Shown in pieces: positions 1-9,520 of a DNA stretch of 52,772 nt. How positions within the stretch are numbered: the first letter of the stretch is position 1; every line of letters starts with the position of its first letter. The notes beneath the pieces were generated by a model. The model saw nothing but the letters and a program-made list of their open reading frames with translations, did not search any database and was not told the DNA's origin. The translations under genes and the position numbers were made by a program. This DNA comes from a virus (lineage: Duplodnaviria; Caudoviricetes). The stretch spans positions 1 to 52,772 of IMG/VR virus record IMGVR_UViG_3300048995_000004; one strand, written 5' to 3'.

Positions 1-127
1 TTTTTTTTTTTTTTCTTATAACTATATTATAATGGGGATCTTGTAAAAGGTGGGGACCGCTAGGTATGTCCCGCGGTAGGGTGGTTTTCAAGTGTTACCA
101 TGTGTATAATAAGCCCGGGCTTGAAAT
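1..127. repeat. Terminal 127-bp direct repeat (copy 1); circular-assembly overlap
   Basis: 1-127 is identical to 52646-52772; 127 is a common assembler k-mer length. Confidence 0.9.
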
Positions 128-149
128 GCAAATAGCTCTGTGATATAAT
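121..149 (+). promoter_or_regulatory. sigma70/HrdB-type promoter for the packaging operon
   Basis: TTGAAA(121-126)-N17-TATAAT(144-149); GAGGGGG SD before ATG 170. Confidence 0.7.
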
Positions 150-169
150 ACGGTCAGAGGGGGTGTAGC

Positions 170-571
170 ATGGACTTCGATGACGATGATGTCCTCGGCG
201 ATGCTAGCTGGCAAGCACAGCTCGAACGGCGAGATGCTTGGGTCAGCTCGAGCGACATCGATGCACTGACGAACGAGCGGATGGCCGGTACCTTCCGCGA
301 TGGCGATGTCGAGTCGCCGCAAGACCAGGCGAGGCGGCTCCTGAGAGACGCATCACCGATGGCGGCAGCGACTATGATCCGGCTGGCGCAGTATGCCGAG
401 TCTGAGTCGGTTCGCCTGAGGGCAGCGATGGAAGTTCTGAACCGGGCTGACCAAGCTGGCGGATCGCAGGATGGTCGCGAGCCGTGGGCGGCTGTCTACG
501 ACTCCTCCGCAGTCGAGCGGTACGCCAACGAGGGTCGCGACGCGAACGGAAGGAAGACCGATGGCAAGTAA
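170..571 (+). CDS. Putative terminase small subunit
   Basis: 133 aa helical protein with 'ESVRLRAAMEVLNR' segment typical of TerS-like proteins; first gene of the operon upstream of TerL. Confidence 0.55.
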   Translation: MDFDDDDVLGDASWQAQLERRDAWVSSSDIDALTNERMAGTFRDGDVESPQDQARRLLRDASPMAAATMIRLAQYAESESVRLRAAMEVLNRADQAGGSQDGREPWAAVYDSSAVERYANEGRDANGRKTDGK

Positions 572-746
572 GAAGATCGGTATGAAGCCGACCAAGGCCG
601 CTGCAGCCAAGGTCGCACCGAAGGGCCAGGTCGTGAAGGGTGCGAAGCCCGTGGTGGGTGCCAAGAGCACGCCCGGGAACGCCAAGGGTGGGACGGTGCC
701 TCCGTTCGCGAAGGTAGCGAAGAAGGCCGTCAAGGGCAAGAAATAG
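561..746 (+). CDS. Small Lys/Ala-rich basic protein (61 aa)
   Basis: ATG 561 after AAGGAAG; MASKKIGMKPTKAAAAK...; 16 Lys and no acidic residues. Confidence 0.7.
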   Translation: MASKKIGMKPTKAAAAKVAPKGQVVKGAKPVVGAKSTPGNAKGGTVPPFAKVAKKAVKGKK

Positions 747-850
747 ACCGAGGTTAGACCGGAGATTCTGAAAGCCCTACCAAGGGTACGTAAGGGCGCA
801 AGGCCTCCGGTCTAACACCTCTCTAACCCGCTTAGAGAGCCCTTAGAAAC
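744..850. repeat. TTAGA/TCTAA phased-box element, copy A
   Basis: 12-bp IR GTTAGACCGGAG(753-764)/CTCCGGTCTAAC(805-816) followed by CTAAC..TTAGAGAGCCCTTAGA; homologous to 21320-21430 and 41712-41815. Confidence 0.8.
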
Positions 851-1007
851 CGACGACTAGTTAGTATATAGCGGGGCTGAAGACCTACGGCAAAAAGCCG
901 AACCAGCTCTCCACGCACGAGTAAGTTACGTAGCGGCAGAACGCATCAGGCCGTGTGGAGGTGTGGGGGCGGCCAAGCGGGTGAGTTTAACACGGTAGGG
1001 AGCCGCA

Positions 1008-1208
1008 GTGACGATCCTGCAATACAAGATCAGGTTCCTGACGACCATTCTAAGTGTTTGGGGCGTCGTTGTAGCGGCTTACCTGTACGTGTTCTTGTTT
1101 CAGAACGGCGAGCAACTACCGGCGTGGTTACTCGGCATTCCCACGGGGGCATGGCTGGTAGTCTTCCCACCATTGCCTAGACCGAAAGACGAAGCCGATG
1201 GAGCTTAG
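1008..1208 (+). CDS. Small two-TM membrane protein (holin-like)
   Basis: 66 aa, two hydrophobic segments, GGGAG SD before GTG. Confidence 0.65.
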   Translation: MTILQYKIRFLTTILSVWGVVVAAYLYVFLFQNGEQLPAWLLGIPTGAWLVVFPPLPRPKDEADGA

Positions 1209-1377
1209 TTACGGAGCGCAAGTTGCAATTGCAGTAGCGGGCATGTCGTTAGGTGGTTGGGGGATCGGTGCAACGATTGAAGTCATCCGCAGGAACCGCA
1301 CGAAGCGTGGCAGCAAGATGGGGGCAGTGGATCCTCATCGCCGTCCTAAGCGTCGCTACCCTTACCCTGTACGTTGA
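1198..1377 (+). CDS. Small membrane protein with basic C-terminus (59 aa; not in the ORF track)
   Basis: MELSYGAQVAIAVAGMSLGGWGIGATIEVIRRNRTKR...; ATG overlaps the end of the previous gene. Confidence 0.45.
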   Translation: MELSYGAQVAIAVAGMSLGGWGIGATIEVIRRNRTKRGSKMGAVDPHRRPKRRYPYPVR

Positions 1378-1624
1378 CAACGGTCGTATCATCGACTGCA
1401 TCCAAGGGTATGCGGCGAGGGACCAACAGAACACCATTGCACGCTCCGTCGTAGCGGACCAGGAGCGTGCGGCCTTCCTTCGTACGCTGACGACCATTAC
1501 GGACCCTGCTCAGACACCTCTGGAGCGTAAGAAGGCGATCGACTCCTACATCGCACTGGTTCAACGCAATGACCAGGTGCGGAAGGGTAACCCACCACTT
1601 CCAGTCCCGACGGAGTGCAGCTGA
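1307..1624 (+). CDS. Single-TM membrane protein with helical extracellular domain
   Basis: WILIAVLSVATLTLYV TM segment; TGATG coupling to TerL; start uncertain (1253 or 1307). Confidence 0.6.
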   Translation: MAARWGQWILIAVLSVATLTLYVDNGRIIDCIQGYAARDQQNTIARSVVADQERAAFLRTLTTITDPAQTPLERKKAIDSYIALVQRNDQVRKGNPPLPVPTECS

Positions 1625-3069
1625 TGCCTGACAGGGTCATAGACAAGCACAAGTTCTTCGCGCACGTGGGGTACGAGCCGCACACCAAGCAGTGGCTCTT
1701 CCACGACTCGAAGGCACGCTTCCGTGCGCCTGTCTGTGGCCGCCGCTTCGGCAAGTCGCGAATGTCAGCGATGGACGAGGCACCAGGTCTGATGGTCCCC
1801 AACCGGCGTGGGTGGATCGTTGGGCCTACGTACGACTTGGCTGAGAAGGAGTTCCGCGTCCTGTGGGACCTCTTTATCATCCAGCTCAAGTTCGGCACGA
1901 ACAAGAAAGTCAAGAAGGCGTACAACAAGCGTTCCGGGGATATGTTCATTGAGTTCCCGTGGGGTACCCGTGTTGAATGTCGCTCTGCAGATCACCCTGA
2001 GAATCTGGTTGGTGAGAAGCTCGACTTTGCCATCATGTCGGAGGCCGCGAAGCATAAGAAGGATACCTGGGAGCGATTCATTCGTCCTGCTCTTGCTGAC
2101 AAGCGGGGCAATGCCACATTCCCGACAACTCCTGAAGGCTTCAACTGGCTTCACGGTATTTGGCAGCTGGGCCGTGATCCGAACGAGCCTGAGTACGACT
2201 CCTGGCAGTTCCCGTCGTGGGACAATCCTTACGTCTACCCTGGTGGGCGTCAAGATCCGGAGATCCTCGGTATTGAGCGAACGACTGCTGAGGAGTGGTT
2301 CCTTCAGGAGTATGGCGCAGACTTCTCGGCGTTCGTAGGAAAGATCTATGGCGAGTGGCAGGAGAAGGTTCATGTCACAGATGTCAAGTTCAATCCCGCC
2401 TGGCCTTCCTACGTGGGTTACGACCCTGGTTTCACTAATCCATGGGCATGGGTCTTCTTCCAGATTGATCCTCAGGACAACGTATACGTTTGGCGAGAGC
2501 ACTACGCTCCCTACCTCCAGCTCGCCGAGCACATGGCAATCATCCGCAATCTGCCTCAGCCTGAGGGATACCACCTCGACCTTGCATTCGGAGATGCCGC
2601 GGACCCAGCAGCTGCGTTGGAGATTTCACAGAACCTCGTACCAGCGTATGCTGAGCCTGAAGCGAAGGAGAACTGGCGCGAGGGCATCGACATGGTCAAG
2701 AGCTTCCTCAAGCTCCAAGACCAGTTTACTCCTGCAGGTGGACTTCTCGTAGTCGACGAGCACGGCACACCGATGAAGAAGCCTCGTCTGTTCGTCGACC
2801 ACTCCTGTAAGAACCTGATCTTCGAATTCAACAACTACCGGGCACCCGAGACACGTCCGGAGACCAACATTCGTGAGGCTGCGAAGAAGTACAAGGACCA
2901 CGCACTCGACGCCCTTCGCTACGGCCTTATGCACATCTACAAGCTGGGTTGCAACTCGCGACTCACCGATTTGTATACAGGAACTGCAGAAGTAGATTCC
3001 TGGCGCGAGCAGATGTTGGAACCTGAAGGTGACGGCGGGTTCTTCAGCATGGAAGACTTGGAGTTCTGA
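1624..3069 (+). CDS. terL: Terminase large subunit
   Basis: Walker A CGRRFGKS, Walker B FAIMSEAA, TTPEG coupling motif, nuclease GYDPG and DHALDALRY. Confidence 0.95.
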   Translation: MPDRVIDKHKFFAHVGYEPHTKQWLFHDSKARFRAPVCGRRFGKSRMSAMDEAPGLMVPNRRGWIVGPTYDLAEKEFRVLWDLFIIQLKFGTNKKVKKAYNKRSGDMFIEFPWGTRVECRSADHPENLVGEKLDFAIMSEAAKHKKDTWERFIRPALADKRGNATFPTTPEGFNWLHGIWQLGRDPNEPEYDSWQFPSWDNPYVYPGGRQDPEILGIERTTAEEWFLQEYGADFSAFVGKIYGEWQEKVHVTDVKFNPAWPSYVGYDPGFTNPWAWVFFQIDPQDNVYVWREHYAPYLQLAEHMAIIRNLPQPEGYHLDLAFGDAADPAAALEISQNLVPAYAEPEAKENWREGIDMVKSFLKLQDQFTPAGGLLVVDEHGTPMKKPRLFVDHSCKNLIFEFNNYRAPETRPETNIREAAKKYKDHALDALRYGLMHIYKLGCNSRLTDLYTGTAEVDSWREQMLEPEGDGGFFSMEDLEF

Positions 3070-4568
3070 TGAGCGACCAAATGGCTCTGTTCGAGCCGCC
3101 AGGAGATCCGGGTTCGATCGCTCTCGCAGAGCTCCTCGACACCCACACAGTGATCGAGGCCTACCCCGGTCCGAACGCCTTCATGATCGTGGAAGAGGGC
3201 AAGCAGTTCGCTGAGACCGTCGCAGTCGGTCCCGAACTGGGCTATTCAAGCCCTAGCCCCTTCACGGCGTGGACACGCGAGGAGTGGAACCCGAAGCTTC
3301 GTGACAAGATGGGCGTCACTGAGTGGTACCGCATGAAGCGTCTCGACGGTATCATTCGTGGTTCGCTTCGAGCGTTCAAGACCCCTGTCATGTCGGCTCA
3401 CTGGTTCATGCAGCCCGGCTCGGACTCCACACGTGACAAGAACGCTGCAGACTGGATCTGGGAGAACCTGTACTGCGGCATGAACGTGTCGTGGGCACGG
3501 ACGCTCGAGGACATCCTGATCATGTGCGAGTACGGCTACTCGGTCATGGAGAAGGTGTACGCGCTCCGTGACGATGGTAAGGTCGGCCTTCGCAAGCTGG
3601 CTCCCCGCCACCCGGCAGACATCCAGCAGTTCAGGTACGACCGCAATGGTGGTCCTGACGGTATCGTGATGGAGCCGCAGACCAACATCGGCTCGTTCGA
3701 TCCCGAGCAGGGTGTGTTCATCCCGATCGACAAGCTCGCCGTGTTCAGCCTCGAAGCGGAAGGGGGTGACATGCAGGGCATCTCGATCTTGCGGTCCGCG
3801 TACAAGCACTACAAGTACAAGGACACGTTGTACAAGATCGATGCCATCCAGAAGGAGCGTCACGGCATCGGCGTTCCGATCATCAAGATGCCTCCGGGCT
3901 GGAAGCGGGAGGACAAGCTCCTCGCCGAGACCATCGGTCGGAACCTTCGGACGAACGAGCGTGCTCACATCGTCCTTCCGCCGATGTGGGAGATCCTGTT
4001 CGCCAAGCTGGAAGGTCAGCCTGTCGACTGCCTCGGATCGATCAACCACCACAACGAGATGATCATGGCGAACGTGCTCGCCAACTTCATCACGGACACT
4101 AGCGTGAAGAAGGAGAGCCTGGAGACCTTCTACAAGGCCACTAGGTACGTCGCTGAGACGGTCTCGAACACGATGAACCAGCACGTCATCCAGCCCCTCG
4201 TCAAGATCAACTTCAGCCGGGTGAAGCCTCCGGTGCTGAAGGTGCGTCGAATCGGAGAATGGGAAGATGCACGAACCCAATCCTTCACCCTCCGTAACCT
4301 CGTCGGGGCAAGCCTCCTACTGCCTGACGACACCCTCGAAGAGCACCTCCGCGCTGAGAACGACCTCCCCGAGATCGACTGGGCGACCCGTCGAGAGCCT
4401 CCTGCCCCCCAAGACCCGAACGCACAGGATGACCCCAATGCGCCTGGCACAGAGCAAAACACTCCAGCTCCTCCTAAGCCTGGCCGCGCTGGCCCTCCTC
4501 GTCAAGGGGCTGCGAGTCCTGGCTCGCCCCGTGGAAACGGTGGAGTAGACCGATCAGGAGGCAAGTAA
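3069..4568 (+). CDS. Portal protein (DUF935/Mu gp29-like)
   Basis: Follows TerL; 'YGYSVMEKVY', 'GISILRSAY', 'ERHGIGVP' motifs. Confidence 0.88.
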   Translation: MSDQMALFEPPGDPGSIALAELLDTHTVIEAYPGPNAFMIVEEGKQFAETVAVGPELGYSSPSPFTAWTREEWNPKLRDKMGVTEWYRMKRLDGIIRGSLRAFKTPVMSAHWFMQPGSDSTRDKNAADWIWENLYCGMNVSWARTLEDILIMCEYGYSVMEKVYALRDDGKVGLRKLAPRHPADIQQFRYDRNGGPDGIVMEPQTNIGSFDPEQGVFIPIDKLAVFSLEAEGGDMQGISILRSAYKHYKYKDTLYKIDAIQKERHGIGVPIIKMPPGWKREDKLLAETIGRNLRTNERAHIVLPPMWEILFAKLEGQPVDCLGSINHHNEMIMANVLANFITDTSVKKESLETFYKATRYVAETVSNTMNQHVIQPLVKINFSRVKPPVLKVRRIGEWEDARTQSFTLRNLVGASLLLPDDTLEEHLRAENDLPEIDWATRREPPAPQDPNAQDDPNAPGTEQNTPAPPKPGRAGPPRQGAASPGSPRGNGGVDRSGGK

Positions 4569-4585
4569 TGGAGAACTGAACCCCG

Positions 4586-4614
4586 TTGTAATGCAAAAAG
4601 ATCCCATATATAAT
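4586..4614 (+). promoter_or_regulatory. sigma70-type promoter for head genes
   Basis: TTGTAA-N17-TATAAT; shares TTGwAATGCAAA with the promoter at 121. Confidence 0.7.
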
Positions 4615-4647
4615 CAGGTCAGCCGAGTCAGGGCAGGGAGGTGAATC

Positions 4648-5910
4648 ATGGCACGTTTTGGTTACTACGCAGACCTCCGAGGGCTCACGTTCACGGAGAA
4701 CAAGTCGTGGATCCAGGCGATGCGAGTTGGTGAGTACCATCACCCTTCCTACGGGAAGATCAACTTCACGCCGGACCGGCTGCTTCGCTTTGCGGACAGT
4801 GTGAAGAGCAAGGTCCGCGGCATTGCGCTCGACATCGACTACGACCACAAGACGGACCCCACGAAGGGGAACGAAGCAGCGGGGTGGGTCGAAGACGCCA
4901 AGGTTGAGGGCGACGCACTCTTCCTTCTGGTTGACTGGACCAAGTCGGCCGTGGAGAAGATCAAGGAGAAGGCATACAGGTACTTCAGTCCCGAGTTCCA
5001 GGACGAGTGGACCGACAGTACCGGTGTGCAGCACCGTGACGTCCTCTTCGGAGGCGGCATCACCAACAGGCCCTACCTCAAGGACCTGCTCCCGGTCAAC
5101 CTCAGTGAGTTGGCCTTCGAGCGACAGCTCACGGAGAAGAAGAAGGAAGGTAACGGCATGACCGAAGAGCAGTTGAAGCTGCTGGGTCTGCCCAAGGACG
5201 CGACCGAGGAGCAGATCAACGCCAAGCTCCAGGCCGTCACGACGGCAGCAACCAACCCGCACGGAACGACCGACCACACGGGGACCACGCACGCCCCGAA
5301 CAACGCGGCCAGCGACAAGCAGGGTCGTGTCGACGGCAAGCCGTTCGACGCCACTACGGCCGGTGCGGTCGACAAGGACGGCAACATGGTGACGCCGGAG
5401 GAGTTCCAGCTCTCGGAGCTCGCCAAGTCCCAGCCGGCGCTGGCGTTCATGCTCGGTGAGCAGATGAAGCAGAACAAGGCCCTGAGCGAGCAGATCGCCG
5501 GCCTGCAGCAGTCGAACAAGGTCAACGAGATCCGAGTCAAGCTGAACGAGTACCGCACCGGCGACAAGATTCTCGCGCCGGCGCTCCTCGACGAGGCCGC
5601 GCTCCTCCTGGCCAAGGCGCCGACGGCTCTCCACGAGGACCTGCACAAGCTCCTCAAGACCGTCCAGGGCGGCACGTCGACCGTGCAGCTCGGCGAGGTC
5701 GGTCACACCAACAGCGGCAACCGCCAGACCGCGGGCGCCAAGTCGGCCGAGGAGAAGGTGCAGGAGAAGGTCGCCACCATGCGGAAGACCTTCTCCGAGG
5801 GCGGCTCGCAGGGCAACTTCTCCGAGGCCGACGCGATGATGGACATCTTCGCGGCCGACCCGGAGCTGTTCAAGACGTACCAGGAAGAGTCGTACCTCTT
5901 CAAGGCCTGA
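4648..5910 (+). CDS. Capsid maturation protease plus scaffold (Mu I-like)
   Basis: 'IDYDH', 'AAGW', 'YRYFSPEF', 'ITNRP' motifs, then a coiled scaffold region. Confidence 0.88.
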   Translation: MARFGYYADLRGLTFTENKSWIQAMRVGEYHHPSYGKINFTPDRLLRFADSVKSKVRGIALDIDYDHKTDPTKGNEAAGWVEDAKVEGDALFLLVDWTKSAVEKIKEKAYRYFSPEFQDEWTDSTGVQHRDVLFGGGITNRPYLKDLLPVNLSELAFERQLTEKKKEGNGMTEEQLKLLGLPKDATEEQINAKLQAVTTAATNPHGTTDHTGTTHAPNNAASDKQGRVDGKPFDATTAGAVDKDGNMVTPEEFQLSELAKSQPALAFMLGEQMKQNKALSEQIAGLQQSNKVNEIRVKLNEYRTGDKILAPALLDEAALLLAKAPTALHEDLHKLLKTVQGGTSTVQLGEVGHTNSGNRQTAGAKSAEEKVQEKVATMRKTFSEGGSQGNFSEADAMMDIFAADPELFKTYQEESYLFKA

Positions 5911-5926
5911 GGAAGGAGGCAATAAC

Positions 5927-6325
5927 ATGAGTGGTCCCAACTACGTGCTCGACAAGGGCTACAACCTCGAGAACTCGGGTGCTCTTCAGAACATCTACCG
6001 GTTCATGAAGTTCGGTACGACCGAGAACAGGGTCCTGCAGTCGACGGCCATCACGGCGATCCCGGTCGGCGTGTGCCAGCAGCGCATCGAGGCTGTGGAC
6101 TCGGCGACCGGCAACGCCCAGGTCGACGTTCGGCTCCTCGGCATCTCCAAGGTCGAGGCCGGAGCCGCTGTGGCTCTGGGCGTCGAGGTGTCGTCGGACA
6201 CCACCGGCCGCGCCATCACCGCCGCGACGACTTCACGTGTCGCGGGCATCGCCATGCAGGCAGCAGCCGCTGCCGGCGAGTGGATCGACGTCCTGCTTAC
6301 GCCGGGCGGACGGATCTTCCCGTAA
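5927..6325 (+). CDS. Capsid decoration/cement protein (DUF2190-like)
   Basis: 'GISKVEAGAAVALG..SDTTGRA..AAAAAGEWIDVLL'; lies between protease and MCP. Confidence 0.75.
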   Translation: MSGPNYVLDKGYNLENSGALQNIYRFMKFGTTENRVLQSTAITAIPVGVCQQRIEAVDSATGNAQVDVRLLGISKVEAGAAVALGVEVSSDTTGRAITAATTSRVAGIAMQAAAAAGEWIDVLLTPGGRIFP

Positions 6326-6348
6326 CTATCTGAGGAAGGAGGCACCAA

Positions 6349-7323
6349 GTGGTTTACAACCCGAATGGTGGGGGCAGTACCCACATCGACAAGCTCCTCA
6401 CTCAGATCAGCATCGGGTGGGGCTCGTTCGACTACGTGGGCGACGCACTGTTCCCCACCGTGCAGGTCAACAAGCAGTCGGACATCTACTACGTCTACGG
6501 TCGCGAGACCTGGCTGCCCGAGCGTGGCGACGAGCGCGCGCCGGGTACCGAGGCCAACGAGATTCCCGGTCTGCAGGTCAGCACGAACCCGTACTACGCC
6601 AAGGAGCACGCGCTCCAGATCGCGGTGACGGACGAGGAGCGGGAGAACGTCGACAGCCCGTTGTCGCCGGACCGCGACGGTGCCGAGCTGGTCACGAACA
6701 AGATCATGCTGGGCCGCGAGCTCATCATCCGCAACCTGGCGGTCACCGCAGCCAACTACGCCACCGGTAACAGCATCACGCTCGCGGGCGTGGACCGCTG
6801 GGACTCCGGCGACGCGGCTGGCTCGCACCCGATCCAGGACATCAAGATCGGTATCCAGGCGGTTCACACCAAGCTGTTCCGTCGGATCAACACCATCCTG
6901 ATGCCCTACCAGGTGATGGCGGCGCTCGAGGACCACACCGACTTCCTCAACCGCATCATGTACTCCGAACGTGCGATCTTCACGCCGGAGCTCATGTCGG
7001 CCCTGTTCGGCGTCCAGAAGTGGATCGTCCCGGGCATCGGCTACAACTCCGCCGCGAACTACGGTGCGGCGGAGACGCTCTCCTACCTCTGGGGTGACGA
7101 TGTCATCCTGGCGTGGGTGCCCGACCGTCCGGGTCTGAAGATCCCGGCCTACGGGTACGAGTTCCGCTGGGGTCCGCAGTTCGTGGACCGCTGGCGGGAG
7201 GAGAAGCGCGTCAGCGACGTGCTTCGCGTCCGGCGTCGCTACGACGTCAAGATGACGGCCCTCGACGCATCCGGCAAGCAGGTCGCCGGCTACGTCATCA
7301 AAGACGTTCTGCAGGCGTCCTGA
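6349..7323 (+). CDS. Major capsid protein
   Basis: 324 aa, strong codon bias, 'LTQISIG..LFPTVQV' lambda-E-like N-terminus, position. Confidence 0.88.
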   Translation: MVYNPNGGGSTHIDKLLTQISIGWGSFDYVGDALFPTVQVNKQSDIYYVYGRETWLPERGDERAPGTEANEIPGLQVSTNPYYAKEHALQIAVTDEERENVDSPLSPDRDGAELVTNKIMLGRELIIRNLAVTAANYATGNSITLAGVDRWDSGDAAGSHPIQDIKIGIQAVHTKLFRRINTILMPYQVMAALEDHTDFLNRIMYSERAIFTPELMSALFGVQKWIVPGIGYNSAANYGAAETLSYLWGDDVILAWVPDRPGLKIPAYGYEFRWGPQFVDRWREEKRVSDVLRVRRRYDVKMTALDASGKQVAGYVIKDVLQAS

Positions 7324-7532
7324 TGGCTACGGGTGACGTGGTTTTCACGTCTTCCGCTCTCGAGGTGGTCTCGGCAGCAACCGAGGGCACCAAGCAGACG
7401 ACGGCGTTGGGCAGTGCACTGGTCAGCGGCTCTCGGGCGACCGAAGTCGACCTCGTCCACAAGTTGTCATCCGCCGCCAACAACCCCTTCGACGTCACGA
7501 AGACGTACGTCGTCGAAGTCAAGGAGGCATGA
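7323..7532 (+). CDS. Hypothetical virion-associated protein (69 aa)
   Basis: TGATG coupling to MCP; MATGDVVF... Confidence 0.7.
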   Translation: MATGDVVFTSSALEVVSAATEGTKQTTALGSALVSGSRATEVDLVHKLSSAANNPFDVTKTYVVEVKEA

Positions 7533-7534
7533 CA

Positions 7535-7837
7535 ATGGCCAACACGTTCTACGCCACGACCAAGATCAAGCACGGCGCCCGCGAGGAGGACAACTCGCAG
7601 GACGGCAAGTACGTCTCGACCGTGTTCGAGGTCAACGACAAGGTCGAAGGCCTTTCCAAGGAGGACATGGAGTCGCTCTGGAACGCCGGCGCCCTTCGCA
7701 AGGGCGGCGGTTCCGAGGACGACGACAACGCCGATGAGTCGGCCGAGGACAAGACGCCGACCCAGTCCCCCACTCCGGTGAAGGCGACGCCGGTGAAGGC
7801 GACGCCGGCGAAGGCCCAGCCGTCGGCGAAGTCCTAA
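7535..7837 (+). CDS. Hypothetical head-associated protein with TPVKA repeats
   Basis: AAGGAGG SD; C-terminal low-complexity tail. Confidence 0.7.
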   Translation: MANTFYATTKIKHGAREEDNSQDGKYVSTVFEVNDKVEGLSKEDMESLWNAGALRKGGGSEDDDNADESAEDKTPTQSPTPVKATPVKATPAKAQPSAKS

Positions 7838-7845
7838 CGGAGGCC

Positions 7846-7888
7846 GGGGCCCTGTCAGTTTCGTTGCGTCGGGTGCTGGCAGGGCCCC
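7846..7888 (+). terminator. Hairpin terminator/attenuator after head genes
   Basis: GGGGCCCTGTCAG/CTGGCAGGGCCCC 13-bp stem (one G-U), no U tract. Confidence 0.6.
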
Positions 7889-7905
7889 ACCACTAAGGAG
7901 TAGAG

Positions 7906-8328
7906 ATGGCAAGGATCTTACTGACGGAAGCTGCAGCTTGGGGCGAGAAGACCAAGCTGGCGACCGTGCTTGCCACTCTCGACACTGACCTGCTGACCCA
8001 GGTCGAGAACGAGGTTCTGGGTCGGTTGGCGAGTGTCGCTGACACTTCGTCTTGGGTAGACTCGGCAACGACGCCGGGTCTAGTCAAGACGATCCTTGCC
8101 AAGCTTTATGTTGCATGGGTGATCGATCGGCAGTACTCGGAGGACGAGGACCTCAACGCCTACGCGACGTTGCTCCGTGCGGGTGCGCAGACCCTTCTCG
8201 ACGACATCATCTCGAGCGAGGTCGACATCCCAGGAGCGATCGTGAATGGTGACGGTCTTCCTTCGGTCTACCCAACCGACACCGATCCGCTTGCAGGTCC
8301 GTACTTCCGCATGGATGCGATCTTCTAA
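7906..8328 (+). CDS. Head-to-tail adaptor
   Basis: 140 aa helical, size and position typical. Confidence 0.65.
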   Translation: MARILLTEAAAWGEKTKLATVLATLDTDLLTQVENEVLGRLASVADTSSWVDSATTPGLVKTILAKLYVAWVIDRQYSEDEDLNAYATLLRAGAQTLLDDIISSEVDIPGAIVNGDGLPSVYPTDTDPLAGPYFRMDAIF

Positions 8329-8339
8329 GGAGGTGTTCA

Positions 8340-9053
8340 ATGGCTGATGTTGATCCTGCTGTCGGTGCATTGACTGCCGCCTCGATCGCAGCAGGCATGG
8401 ATAAGATCCGCTTCGACAAGTCCATCCAGTCTTTCGAGTTCAAGCCCTCCCTGGGCATCGTAGCTAAGCAGCTACAGATGTTCGGTGCGGAGTTCAAGGA
8501 CATGCGTGAGCCTCTCAAAAAGGCTGTCACGGATGTCATGCAGTACTCGATCCTGGAGAACTTCATGACGGGAGGTCGTCCAGAGAAGTGGGACGATCTC
8601 ACGTACTACACGATCCGTCGGCGCAAGGGTAAGGCACTGCCTGTTCTAGTCTGGACTGGTGCTTTGGCAGAAGGGGCCTCTTCGCCGAGCATCTGGTCTA
8701 TCGGTTCAGCTACTGCTACCGTGCGAGACCTGCCACAGAAGATCTGGTACGGCAAGGTTCATCAGGCAGGCGCTGCAGGTGACGATTCCCTAGGCGCAGG
8801 CAACTGGTTCGACAAGTACAAGAAGGCTGCAGCGAAGATCGAAGGTCCAGAGGCGTCGGACGATGAGATCACCAAGACAGCTTACAAAATCTTCGATGCG
8901 CGTGTGACTAAGCATGGCATCGCACCTCAGGCGACTGCTGACATCCCTGCTCGACCCTTCATCCTATTCCAAGAGGAAGACCTGGATGCTATCCAGCTTA
9001 TCTTCGCTCAGTGGATCGAGGAGAAGGCACGCTCAGTGGGGAGGTTCGTCTGA
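8340..9053 (+). CDS. Neck/virion morphogenesis protein (Mu gpG-like)
   Basis: 'NFMTGGRPEKW..L', 'LVWTGAL', 'YGKVHQ.G', 'IPARPF' motifs. Confidence 0.8.
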   Translation: MADVDPAVGALTAASIAAGMDKIRFDKSIQSFEFKPSLGIVAKQLQMFGAEFKDMREPLKKAVTDVMQYSILENFMTGGRPEKWDDLTYYTIRRRKGKALPVLVWTGALAEGASSPSIWSIGSATATVRDLPQKIWYGKVHQAGAAGDDSLGAGNWFDKYKKAAAKIEGPEASDDEITKTAYKIFDARVTKHGIAPQATADIPARPFILFQEEDLDAIQLIFAQWIEEKARSVGRFV

Positions 9054-9520
9054 TGGCCGCACACAGTTGGAAGCCGAGTATCGCCGCGCAAAGAATCAAG
9101 CTGCTGTTCGACGACAACAAAGTCTCGCTCGTCGGCGCAGACGGTATGATCTTCTACGGCGACCAGACCAAGCTCCCAGTCACCCCGATCATCTGTGTCG
9201 AAGCTGGTCAGACGGCTCGTGCGCTTGCAGGCGTTGGCGGTAACGGTCGAGTCGAGAACATACTCAGTGTCGACATCTTCTACTACTACGCCAGGGTGCA
9301 AGAGGTACAGGTAGCGAAGCTCGCTGCGGAACAAGGTGGCGAGGCGATCGCCGATCTCCTCGACCAAAACCCTACACTGGCACGTTCCGGTGATGGCGGA
9401 ATCGTGATCCATGGGTTCATCGACATGGTCGACCCTGGCTATGCGATCAAGCAGGGAACATTGTGGCACGCCGTTCGCCTTCGGTGGACTGGTAAGACCA
9501 AGACACTATTGGGGGTCTGA
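9053..9520 (+). CDS. Tail terminator/completion protein
   Basis: TGATG-coupled, 155 aa, shortly upstream of the major tail protein. Confidence 0.6.
   Translation: MAAHSWKPSIAAQRIKLLFDDNKVSLVGADGMIFYGDQTKLPVTPIICVEAGQTARALAGVGGNGRVENILSVDIFYYYARVQEVQVAKLAAEQGGEAIADLLDQNPTLARSGDGGIVIHGFIDMVDPGYAIKQGTLWHAVRLRWTGKTKTLLGV

Noticed and set aside
4474-5940. Long antisense ORFs (e.g. 4474..5940-, 3246..4280-, 27163..28248+, 29092..30513+)
   Set aside because: Shadow frames of high-GC3 genes, with no SD, no motifs and unnatural composition
7775-7815. 15-bp tandem repeat CCGGTGAAGGCGACG
   Set aside because: Encodes a TPVKA low-complexity protein tail
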